Program-made: the position numbers and the translations under genes
Shown: in pieces, positions 38,279 to 47,043 of the stretch
How the letters are laid out: each line of letters begins with the position of its first letter
How positions within the stretch are numbered: the first letter of the stretch is position 1
Assembly: GCA_036703375.1 (NCBI GenBank)
Contig: DATNPC010000503.1
Coordinates: 1-47,974 of the forward strand
Source: Allocoleopsis sp.
GTDB taxonomy: Bacteria > Cyanobacteriota > Cyanobacteriia > Cyanobacteriales > Coleofasciculaceae
Direction of reading: 5' to 3'
DNA length: 47,974 bases
The notes under the pieces: generated by a model
Seen by the model: only the letters and a program-made list of their open reading frames with translations
Told to the model about the DNA's origin: nothing
Databases searched by the model: none

Positions 38279-38342
38279 CCACACCCGAAGCGATCTGTCG
38301 CAACGCGAAGCAGAAGAACTGATTTCATGTTGAGAACGAAGT

Positions 38343-38948
38343 ATGCTCAAACTCTATGATTTTTTACCTTCTGGAAATTGTTATAAAGTACGTCTTTTAT
38401 TGACACAGCTTGAGATTCCATTTGAACGAGTAGAAATCAATATTCTGCGAGGCGAATCTCGAACTCCAGAGTTCTTAAGTAAAAATCCTAACGGTCGAGT
38501 TCCTGTCTTAGAACTAGCACCCAGCAAAGTTCTTGCAGAATCTAATGCTATCTTGTTTTATCTGAGTGAAAATACTCCGTTTCTTCCCCAGGATGTGTGG
38601 GAGCGAGTGCAAGTGCTGCAATGGTTGTTTTTCGAGCAGTACAGCCATGAACCCTATATTGCTACGTCTAGATTCTGGATTTCTTTATTGAGTAAGGCAG
38701 ATGAGTATCGGGATGCTCTTTCCCAAAAACGCGAACCAGGTTATGCTGCTCTTACCGTCATGGAAAACCACCTAAGCGATCGCGAATTTTTTGTTGGCGA
38801 ACGCTATACCATCACGGATATTGCTTTGTTTGCTTACACTCATGTCGCCGATGAAGGCGGATTTGATTTGACCCCATTTCCGGCAATACAAGCTTGGCTG
38901 GGACGAGTCCAAGCTCAGCCACGGCACATCAGCATCACACAATCCTAA
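38343..38948 (+). CDS. Glutathione S-transferase
   Basis: 201 aa. N-terminal thioredoxin-like fold MLKLYDFLPSGNCYKVRLLL...NPNGRVPVLE and a C-terminal helical GST domain. Confidence 0.88.
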   Translation: MLKLYDFLPSGNCYKVRLLLTQLEIPFERVEINILRGESRTPEFLSKNPNGRVPVLELAPSKVLAESNAILFYLSENTPFLPQDVWERVQVLQWLFFEQYSHEPYIATSRFWISLLSKADEYRDALSQKREPGYAALTVMENHLSDREFFVGERYTITDIALFAYTHVADEGGFDLTPFPAIQAWLGRVQAQPRHISITQS

Positions 38949-38970
38949 GCACGGGCTGATTGGGAAAGAA

Positions 38971-38993
38971 GGCAGAGGGCAGAGGGCAGAAGG
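38971..38993. repeat. Heptamer repeat GGCAGAG GGCAGAG GGCAGAA
   Basis: Read directly, just downstream of the GST stop. Confidence 0.8.
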
Positions 38994-39068
38994 ACTAAGA
39001 ATTTTCATGCCTCTTGGTGTACGCAGTTCATGAGCGAGTACTGAGAACCGCTCTACTTAGCCACACCA

Positions 39069-40217
39069 ATGGCTGAATCTCTTTATCATATAAACAAGCC
39101 TAAGCGGGAAAGAGAGGATATGCGAGATTTATTTCGTGGCTATTATAAACCCTCGCCAAAAGAATTGATAGAAATCTGGAATCGGTGTACTTTTTCGTTC
39201 GACGCTAATGTTTTGCTGCATATCTATAGTTATACACCGGAAACTAGAGAGAGATTTTTTGAGATTATTACTCGATTGAGGGAGAGGATTTGGATACCTC
39301 ATCAAGTCGCTTACGAATACCAAAAGAATCGATTGTATGTCATATCCGATCAAGTCAAAGCTTATGAAGATATCGCTTCAATTCTCAACAAGAATATCTC
39401 TAATTTGAAACAAGAGTTACTTAAAGATTATAAGCGCCATCCTTTTGTAGACACCAAAGGTATTATCAAAGATATCGAAAAAGAGGTTGAGGAAATTAAA
39501 GAAAAGCTCAAGGCGGCTGAGCTGAATCATCCTAACTATATAGAAAATGATGAGCTTCGAGATGTGCTAACTACGTTGCTAGATGGAAAAGTTGGCAAAC
39601 CTTACTCGGAAGAGGACTTAGAGAATATTTATATCAAAGCCGAGAAACGATTCAATTATAAAAAACCACCCGGTTATAAGGATGCCAAAAAGCCTATCCC
39701 AAAAAATTATGGTGACGTGGTACTTTGGTTTCAGCTCATCGATTACGCCAGAATTCAACCGAATCCAATCCTATTTATTACGGATGATGATAAAGAAGAT
39801 TGGTGGCTTAAATATGATGGAGAAACTCTTGAACCTCGACCCGATTTAGTCCAGGAAATATTATCTGAAGTTGGTCGGGATGATTTTCAATTTTATATGT
39901 ATCATAGCGACCAATTTATGGATTACGCAGAAAAGTTTCTCGATTTACCCATTCAACCCGAGGCTATTGAAGAAGCGAGGGAAATCATGCTACAAGAATC
40001 CGTTTCTAAGCGAATAGTCGTTGAGTCCAATTACTTGCGAAGTGTGGGTTATGATACTTCTAGCCAGATTCTTGAAATAGAATTTCAAAGGGGAGATGTT
40101 TACCAATATATGGATGTTCCCCTAGAAGTTTATACCGATTTAATGAATGCTCCCTCACACGGTAGGTACTTTAACACCAATATTAAGGAAGTTTACTCCT
40201 ACCGCAAGTTAGGTTAA
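39069..40217 (+). CDS. PIN-like (DUF4935-type) nuclease domain fused to a C-terminal KTSC domain
   Basis: N-terminal FSFDANVLLHIY and ...LFITDDDKEDWW are typical of PIN-like DUF4935 proteins. The C-terminal 70 aa (YDTSSQILEIEFQRGDVYQYMDVPLEVYTDLMNAPSHGRYFNTNIKEVYSY) matches the KTSC domain pattern. The gene is AT-rich (19/60 GC over 39421-39480) and has no exact HIP1 site. Confidence 0.75.
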   Translation: MAESLYHINKPKREREDMRDLFRGYYKPSPKELIEIWNRCTFSFDANVLLHIYSYTPETRERFFEIITRLRERIWIPHQVAYEYQKNRLYVISDQVKAYEDIASILNKNISNLKQELLKDYKRHPFVDTKGIIKDIEKEVEEIKEKLKAAELNHPNYIENDELRDVLTTLLDGKVGKPYSEEDLENIYIKAEKRFNYKKPPGYKDAKKPIPKNYGDVVLWFQLIDYARIQPNPILFITDDDKEDWWLKYDGETLEPRPDLVQEILSEVGRDDFQFYMYHSDQFMDYAEKFLDLPIQPEAIEEAREIMLQESVSKRIVVESNYLRSVGYDTSSQILEIEFQRGDVYQYMDVPLEVYTDLMNAPSHGRYFNTNIKEVYSYRKLG

Positions 40218-40769
40218 AACTAGACGAGCTTCTGTATCCAGCTAACTTTCAATTGGGCTATAGCTGACAATTCCCTACGGGATAGCTGCACTTCACGCTA
40301 CGCTTCAATTATGAATTTTAAATTAAATAAAAACTCAACACTTAACATTCTTGAAGCTTGCGCCCTGACTGACATTGTATCTTTAAATGCATCCTATTTT
40401 CTACACCACAGCTTCATAAAAGCCGCGTTGCGATCGCGTTGTTTTAGGCTGAACCTCTTGATTCCTAGCTGACTCTCGCCCCAGCTAGTTTGAGGTAACA
40501 TCGCACCTACCATCCACACCATGCGATCGGCTAAAAGCGCTCTGAAGACTGGACGGGTTGAAATTACCGAAAGTTCAGTATTTCCTCTGAACCAAATCCC
40601 CGAGAAACAGTGAACAATAACTGTAGGTTCTAACCATCAACAGGCTCTTACTTAATTATTCTATACGTCAGTAGAAAAAAGTTAGTAAAAATTAATATCC
40701 GACGAAGTTATTTAGTTAGTTGCCAACCCGATCGCTCAATCATTAGTTGATTGACAAGTTTAAGCGTCT

Positions 40770-42929
40770 ATGCTGAACCAACTAAGAGACATCTTCTCAG
40801 GAAACTTTATAGCTCATGGGTCATGCTACCTCTGGAATCCAGCACTAGTGTGGCTACATGCTAGCTCGGATTTTCTCATTAGCTTATCGTATTATTCGAT
40901 TCCCCTGCTACTGCTCTATTTTGTACGTCGGCGTCACGATGTACCATTCCAGGGAATTTTTATCCTATTTAGTGCATCGATCTTATCCTGTGGGACAAGT
41001 CACTTACTAGAAATTTGGACGCTGTGGCATCCGGACTATTGGCTATCCGGTTTGTCAAAAGCTGTGACAGCTGTAGTCTCTTCGTACACTGCTGCAAAAA
41101 TGGTGCCATTGCTGCCGAAGGCACTGGCATTACCCGGTTCATCTCAGCTGGCAGTTGCTAACCTTGCCTTAGCACGGGAAGTGGCCGAATACAAACAAAC
41201 AGTAGCCGCGCTCCAGCAAGCCAATGAGGAATTAGAACAACAAGTGGAGAGGCGAACTAGCGAACTGTCAAGAGCCTATGAAGCGTTGCAAGTCGAAATT
41301 TGCGATCGCCAATCCGTAGAATTCGCACTAGCAGAACGCGATCGCTATTTGGCGGCATTCGTCGAAATGCAGCACCAGTTATTAGCGCTCAAACCCGAAG
41401 AAAACTACTACGCCTCGATTGTAGAACGGCTGGGACAATGGAGCCGTGCTAGCCAAATCAATATCTTTGAAATCTGCGGCGACAAGCGAAGTCAACTCCT
41501 GTGTCAGTGTGCCGAGTGGGTTGCCCCCGAACGAAGTGGAGACAACCACCACCCGCGTCGGAGTTTCCCTTACGACGAATATTTCCCTCGCTGGATGCCA
41601 ATCTTGGCACAGGGACAAACCTTGATGGGATTAGCCAGCGAGTTCCCTCATCAAGAGCGTTTGATTCTAGAGCGAATGGGAATTTTATCCCTCCTCGTTT
41701 TGCCCCTGACGGTGAGCGATCGCTTTTTTGGCTTTATCGTGTTTGAAAACTGTAGCGAAGCCCGAGTTTGGTCTGCCTCAGCAGTAGATTTATTCAAGGC
41801 AACAGTAGCTTCGCTTTCGCTCCAACACGAGCGAGCGATCGCACAAGGGGCTGTGCGGCGTTCGGAAGCTCAGCTGAAAGCGCAATCTACCGAACTCGAA
41901 CAGACAGTATATCAGCTCAAGCAAGCTCAAGCGCAACTCATGCAGAGCGAAAAAATGTCGAGCTTGGGCATGATGGTTGCTGGCATTGCTCACGAAATTA
42001 ACAATCCAGTCGGTTTCGTGTATGGCAATCTCACGCCAGCCGAGGAATATATCCAAGATTTATTGGGACTGATTAATTTATACCGACAGCACTATCCGGT
42101 TCCCGTACCAGCGATTCAGGCTTATACCGAGGACATCGATTTAGACTTTTTGATGGAAGACTTGCCCAATCTCCTAGACTCGATGAAAGTCGGAGCGGAG
42201 CGTATCCGCGATATCGTGACTACTTTGCGAACGTTCTCGCGGGTTGATGAAGCGAAGATGAAGCCAGTTAATATTCATGAAGGTATCGACAGCACCTTAG
42301 TGATTTTGCACCATCGCCTCAAGGAGAAACACGGACGCTTACCCGTTGAGGTTGTTAAGAAATATGGCAATCTTCCTCCAGTAGAAGGATATGCCGGACA
42401 GCTCAACCAAGTGTTTATGAACATTTTGGTCAATGCCATAGATGCGTTGGATAGTAAGCGTTTGAGAGAGAGTTGTGCTAACTCTGAGTCAATTTCTTCA
42501 CGAATTTGTCCGCCACCACGGATTGAGATTCGGACGGAATTAATTCATAGTGGAGAATCCAATTCAGAATCCAAGAATGTAGTCATTCGGATTATTGATA
42601 ATGGCTCGGGTATTACGGAGTGGGTACGACTTAGGCTATTCGATCCCTTCTTTACCACCAAACCAGTGGGGCAGGGAACTGGGTTGGGGTTGTCTATTAG
42701 CTACCAGATTGTCGTAGCGAAACATGGTGGACAATTACAATGTAGGTCGGTACCCGGAGAGGGAACAGAGTTTATTATTCAGCTTCCAGTTCTACAACAG
42801 ACTCAGCAGCAGCATCGCGATAGCACTCAAACGATTCCAAAAGGAGTTGAGCCAACTCAGCCGCTTTACCAGTATTTAGAGACGTCGGTAGAAAATCGCT
42901 ATCCAATACACCCGATCGCTCATCACTAA
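40770..42929 (+). CDS. Ethylene-binding-domain-like / GAF / histidine kinase
   Basis: The N-terminal 3-TM region aligns by eye with plant ETR1: SDFLISLSYYSIPLLLLYFV...ILSCGTSHLLEIWT...AVTAVVS versus SDFFIAIAYFSIPLELIYFV...IVLCGATHLINLWT...VLTAVVS. The Cys/His pair is spaced as in ETR1 C65/H69. A GAF-like region follows, then H-box [17 protein letters not shown] and HATPase boxes. Confidence 0.85.
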   Translation: MLNQLRDIFSGNFIAHGSCYLWNPALVWLHASSDFLISLSYYSIPLLLLYFVRRRHDVPFQGIFILFSASILSCGTSHLLEIWTLWHPDYWLSGLSKAVTAVVSSYTAAKMVPLLPKALALPGSSQLAVANLALAREVAEYKQTVAALQQANEELEQQVERRTSELSRAYEALQVEICDRQSVEFALAERDRYLAAFVEMQHQLLALKPEENYYASIVERLGQWSRASQINIFEICGDKRSQLLCQCAEWVAPERSGDNHHPRRSFPYDEYFPRWMPILAQGQTLMGLASEFPHQERLILERMGILSLLVLPLTVSDRFFGFIVFENCSEARVWSASAVDLFKATVASLSLQHERAIAQGAVRRSEAQLKAQSTELEQTVYQLKQAQAQLMQSEKMSSLGMMVAGIAHEINNPVGFVYGNLTPAEEYIQDLLGLINLYRQHYPVPVPAIQAYTEDIDLDFLMEDLPNLLDSMKVGAERIRDIVTTLRTFSRVDEAKMKPVNIHEGIDSTLVILHHRLKEKHGRLPVEVVKKYGNLPPVEGYAGQLNQVFMNILVNAIDALDSKRLRESCANSESISSRICPPPRIEIRTELIHSGESNSESKNVVIRIIDNGSGITEWVRLRLFDPFFTTKPVGQGTGLGLSISYQIVVAKHGGQLQCRSVPGEGTEFIIQLPVLQQTQQQHRDSTQTIPKGVEPTQPLYQYLETSVENRYPIHPIAHH

Positions 42930-43030
42930 TCCAATGACTTAGTACCTATGACATAAGTAGCTAGAGAGACGTAATCGCCCCTAAATTTTGCTTCTATGTA
43001 AGTAAAGAAGAGTGTTTAGGAAAACGGGCG

Positions 43031-43192
43031 ATGAAATACCAATACAATACTTCAGAATCAGTTTCTTCTATTCTGATGGCAGCTATAATTTTCGGAATTG
43101 CCATTGGTTTACCTTTAGGGTATTTTGCTCACCTATTGGCAGAGCAACCTCCTAGTTCAAATGTGGCTTTACTACAGCCGAGGAATCGATAA
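43031..43192 (+). CDS. Possible 53-aa single-TM micro-protein
   Basis: Manual translation: MKYQYNTSESVSSILMAAIIFGIAIGLPLGYFAHLLAEQPPSSNVALLQPRNR. Only an ORF plus a hydrophobic helix, with no other support. Confidence 0.25.
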   Translation: MKYQYNTSESVSSILMAAIIFGIAIGLPLGYFAHLLAEQPPSSNVALLQPRNR

Positions 43193-43364
43193 GCTTAACG
43201 CGAGGCTTCAAGCCATTTGAATGGAGGGATGCGATCGCAAAGTCCCAGATTTCGTTGAATTAACCTAACTTGCAGCGCGAGCGAACAACGCCTACCGTGA
43301 CGATCCACCTAGCTGTATGCCTAAAATTAGATAGTTAACGCTTGTGTTAACAGTAGGTAAGCAC

Positions 43365-44006
43365 ATGGGTACTCAGTTAATCTCATTCCGTCTTAGAGAT
43401 GAAGAAGCTGCCCTGCTCATGCAGCGGGCCCAACCAGAGTCGAGTCCGAGCTTGACTGCCCAGAGAATCATTCGGCAGGTATTGGGTACAGAGGAAATGC
43501 CACCAGACAAATTATCGACCCTGTTAACGAGAGTCAGCGAGTTCCAGGAGCAAGTGGAGTCGATTAAGGGCTTTGTGGACGACACCATTGACCAACGCTT
43601 AGCGGCGGTGGACAAACTGGTGAATGAATCGGTTAACGTGCAAATGCAAACCGAACTGCTGCAAATGCGATCGCGTTTTGATGAGTTGGAGCAGCGTTTA
43701 GAGCAGTATTTTCATGCTCAGCGGAAATCGATACCGCAGTTTAAGAAAGATAACAAAGTATCTAGCCTGCGAAAACAAAAGCAAAAACAGAAAGCTGAGT
43801 TATCGACTCCACCGCTTAACCAAACTGAGTTAGCCCAACGCCTTCACCATCCAGATACAGGACTTCCGTATACTCCTCGCTCGATTAGCCGTCAAAAACT
43901 GAAAAAAGATTTTCCGAAGTGGTCGGAGCAACGCGACCCGGAGGGCGTACTTTGGAAGTATGAGCCAAAAGATGGGCTTTTTTATCCGTTAGAACCTCTT
44001 TATTAA
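43365..44006 (+). CDS. Putative ribbon-helix-helix DNA-binding protein (mobile-DNA-like)
   Basis: The N-terminal QLISFRLRDEEAALLMQRA resembles a CopG/Arc-type RHH beta-strand plus helix. Coiled-coil middle. The C-terminal LNQTELAQRL...WSEQRDPEGVLWKYEP is HTH-like. The track ORF starts at a GTG at 43344. The ATG at 43365 is preferred. Confidence 0.5.
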   Translation: MGTQLISFRLRDEEAALLMQRAQPESSPSLTAQRIIRQVLGTEEMPPDKLSTLLTRVSEFQEQVESIKGFVDDTIDQRLAAVDKLVNESVNVQMQTELLQMRSRFDELEQRLEQYFHAQRKSIPQFKKDNKVSSLRKQKQKQKAELSTPPLNQTELAQRLHHPDTGLPYTPRSISRQKLKKDFPKWSEQRDPEGVLWKYEPKDGLFYPLEPLY

Positions 44007-44108
44007 CGGAGGCTATAGTTAAGGTGAATGTCACTGAAATAACATAGGTTCGTAGTCGGCACTTCAGTGCCAGAAGCGAAGACAGCGCTTACTACAAACG
44101 CTTAAGTC

Positions 44109-44252
44109 GAATGGCACTGACTTAACTGTTAATCAACCCTTGCGCGGGGGGTTTGGGGGAGACGCATGTCCCCCAATGGGGGTTTGGGGGAAACCCCCAA
44201 GTCCGGGTTTTTCTTCTACACCTGCAACTTTCGCCTTAAGTCAGTGCCATTC
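44109..44252. repeat. MITE-like foldback element with G5/C5-rich core
   Basis: 17-bp inverted repeat GAATGGCACTGACTTAA (44109-44125) / TTAAGTCAGTGCCATTC (44236-44252). It flanks GGGGGTTTGGGGGA x2 and the GGGGGAAACCCCC and GGGGGAGACGCATGTCCCCC hairpins. Confidence 0.7.
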
Positions 44253-44255
44253 TAG

Positions 44256-46916
44256 TTAAGGTCGTTGCACCAACGGGGATTGTCCAGCCGCAGGGGGTAA
44301 ACCAGCACGTTTCTCCAGTTCCTGGGCGACAAAGTCAGGAACTTTGAATTCTGCCCCTTTGGCAAGACAGCAATCTCGCACGGCGAGTAGAAATCCTTGA
44401 ATCGCTGCCGATCCTCCGGGCAGGGTGGAAACTTGGGTGAGTAATTTGCGCCACTGGCCTTGATTTTTGCCATAATCCTCTAATAACTGTAAGGCGGCAA
44501 GATACTCGGCGAGGGGGTCGAGGGCAAAGCGAATTTGGTCTTGAGCTGGGCCGATGGTTTGAATGAGACGCAGGCGATCTTCTAGATATTTGAGGCGATT
44601 CTCTACATTGTCCCCGCTGAGGGCAGCTAGTGCATCGTTGCGTTTAGCGGTTGTGGGTCGATAGGTTTCCTTGAGGCATTCCCACGCGATCGCTTTTGCA
44701 TCGTCCTGAATGATTCGGTCATCCAATTTATCCCCATTGACATCCCGATTGAGTTCGTTGAGATAGCTCAGCATTAAATCGGGAATGTTATCGGGTAGGG
44801 GAGCAAGGCCTTGCGCTTTTACACCGGATGCTGTACCATCTCTGACAGCAATCAGCTGTTCGGCGTAGAGCTTAGCCAGTAATACAGTGATGTTGCGTGC
44901 CCCCACCATAACGGAAAGTCGGCTACAAGCCTCGAAAAACTCGGCATCGGTGAAGCGATCGCGTTTTCCTCTTTGGGTAAGGTAAGCTTCCATAAACGAA
45001 GAGAGGCGATTGCCTTCAATTCGCAGCGGCTTGAGGGTTGTCTTGGTGACTTTGCCTAGCGTTTCTTCCGTGCGTGAGGTAATCACTAACGCATTGACAC
45101 AAAAGTCCGGTAGTTCGGGACGAATTGCCTTGCGTGTCGCGTCGCTCATTTCTGAGAGGTGATCGACAATGACGAGAATGCGCCGCTGCCGGAGGAGGCG
45201 TTCGAGCAGTTCTTCGGAAACTGGGTTGGCTTCGTTGGTTAAATCTTGCAACTGTCCCCGAATCGCGGCCATAAACGGGGGTTTATCCGCTGCCTCGAAG
45301 TCTAGTTCTTCCTCGATGAGGACTGGTAGCATGGGGTGTTCGCACAGGCGTTCGGCTTCATCTTCTGCAACCGCCCATTTAGCGATTTGGCAGGCAAGGC
45401 TGGTCTTTCCGGCTCCGCCTTCACCCCAGATTAGCAGGCAACCTCGCTTTTTCTTAAACTTTTCTCGTAAGTCTTTGGCGGTAAACTGGGGTAGAGTTTC
45501 GCCGTCTAGGACAACGGGGACGGGGATGTAGATAGTGCGATCGCGAACGGTATCCTTTTCTTGAAATTCCTCTCGCACTGACTTGATATGTGCGGCTACC
45601 CAGGCATCTAGCACTCTAGAGTGGTAGTGAAAAAAACCGACAAACAGGGCGTAGCGAATGGGTACGCTGATGCCGATAAACGGCAACGGTACGTCGGTGT
45701 AGGGTTTTAGGGCGTTGTTAATGTGCAACAACCACAAGGGACGCAGCCAAAGCAGGATTAACCAGAGCAACGGTACCAAAACGATGTAACTGGTGGCGGT
45801 TAAGAGCCATTGGTGGTTGAGAATCCAGTCCCAAGCGCGATCGAAAAAGCGGGTTTCCTGTTCGGCTTTGAGGGCTAAAAGAGGACGACGCACGACGGCG
45901 ATGTCTTCTTCTGCAAATCGAGCTTGCGGGTCTTCTACAATTTTTAGAGCTTTTTCTAAAGTCGAAATATCTTTTGCCAACTCCGTGCTGGATAGAGTCT
46001 TGGCTTTATCCTGAAACACGCCAGCAATCCCACCCAGTCCGTTGGCTGCATTGCGGCGGACTTCCATCTTTTCGTCTTGCAAGGCGGCAATTAAAGCGGG
46101 GATTGCGGGTTTGGCGTCTAAACCAATTTGCCCTAAAGCTGCTGCTGCATTCAAACGCACGTATTTGTTCTCGTCTTGCAAGGCGTTCATCAGGTTGGGG
46201 ACGGCGGTTTTCGCATTTGTGCCAAATCGTCCCAAGGCATCGGCAGCCCCCTGGCGCACGTATTTATCTTTATCCTGCAAGGCAGCAATTAACGCTGGCA
46301 CGGCTGTCTTCGGTTGCGTCCCGATTCGTCCCAGAGCCGTCGCGGCATTTAAGCGGACTTCTGCACTCTTATCTTGCAAGGCCTCAATGAGTTTGGGGAC
46401 GGCGGCTGATGCTTCGGAACCGATTTTTCCTAACGCATAGGCAACGACGATGCGAAGATTTCGATCGTCATCTTGTAAGGCTTCAACGAGCTTAGGGACA
46501 GCGGCGAACGCTTCTGGCCCGATTCGTCCTAGAGCATAAGCAGTAATGCGGCGAATGTATTCATCCTCATCCTGCAACGTGACGAGTAGGGCAGGGACGG
46601 CAGATGCAGCTTCCGCACCGATTTGACCTAAAGCCGAGGCCGCACGCCAGCGCACTTGCTGATTCTCCGATTTCAACGCCTCGATCAGAAAGGGAACGGC
46701 TGGAGAACCAATTTTTGCGATCGCGTCGGCAGCATCATGGCGCACTCGGAAATCATTATCCGTTAATTTCTCGATCAGGGGAGCCACCTGCGTATAGGGA
46801 ACGGGTTGCGCCCAACTGTTGCGGCTTACCTGCAAGCACAACAACAGGCACAGGATGACAATCTTCAAGACTGCTGCTGTGAGGAACTTAGCTCTAGTGT
46901 GTTTGACCACGCACAT
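44256..46916 (-). CDS. Signal peptide / HEAT-repeat (PBS-lyase type) / TM / NACHT-like STAND P-loop NTPase
   Basis: 886 aa. Signal-like AAVLKIVILCLLLCLQVSRNSWAQP and about 9 HEAT units (D..VR..AA.ALG.IG....AVP.LI.ALQD). Hydrophobic helices (WLLTATSYIVLVPLLWLILLWLRPLWLL). Walker A LLIWGEGGAGKTSLA, Walker B RILVIVDHLSE and ALVITSRTEE. Confidence 0.85.
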   Translation of the reverse strand: MCVVKHTRAKFLTAAVLKIVILCLLLCLQVSRNSWAQPVPYTQVAPLIEKLTDNDFRVRHDAADAIAKIGSPAVPFLIEALKSENQQVRWRAASALGQIGAEAASAVPALLVTLQDEDEYIRRITAYALGRIGPEAFAAVPKLVEALQDDDRNLRIVVAYALGKIGSEASAAVPKLIEALQDKSAEVRLNAATALGRIGTQPKTAVPALIAALQDKDKYVRQGAADALGRFGTNAKTAVPNLMNALQDENKYVRLNAAAALGQIGLDAKPAIPALIAALQDEKMEVRRNAANGLGGIAGVFQDKAKTLSSTELAKDISTLEKALKIVEDPQARFAEEDIAVVRRPLLALKAEQETRFFDRAWDWILNHQWLLTATSYIVLVPLLWLILLWLRPLWLLHINNALKPYTDVPLPFIGISVPIRYALFVGFFHYHSRVLDAWVAAHIKSVREEFQEKDTVRDRTIYIPVPVVLDGETLPQFTAKDLREKFKKKRGCLLIWGEGGAGKTSLACQIAKWAVAEDEAERLCEHPMLPVLIEEELDFEAADKPPFMAAIRGQLQDLTNEANPVSEELLERLLRQRRILVIVDHLSEMSDATRKAIRPELPDFCVNALVITSRTEETLGKVTKTTLKPLRIEGNRLSSFMEAYLTQRGKRDRFTDAEFFEACSRLSVMVGARNITVLLAKLYAEQLIAVRDGTASGVKAQGLAPLPDNIPDLMLSYLNELNRDVNGDKLDDRIIQDDAKAIAWECLKETYRPTTAKRNDALAALSGDNVENRLKYLEDRLRLIQTIGPAQDQIRFALDPLAEYLAALQLLEDYGKNQGQWRKLLTQVSTLPGGSAAIQGFLLAVRDCCLAKGAEFKVPDFVAQELEKRAGLPPAAGQSPLVQRP

Positions 46917-47043
46917 ACCTCTGGAAGTCTTGTGCCTATTTTAGACTTCAGCCCAGTCGAGGCAGATTTCGGTACTTTAGCGAAAGTGGGGACACAAAGG
47001 GTCAAATTCAGGGTTGTTGTTAGGTTGCAATTGACCCATCCAT

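Noticed and set aside
44190-44212. AAGTCCGGG string reminiscent of the RNase P RNA conserved region
   Set aside because: It is embedded in the G5/C5 foldback element, and no other rnpB conserved regions lie nearby.
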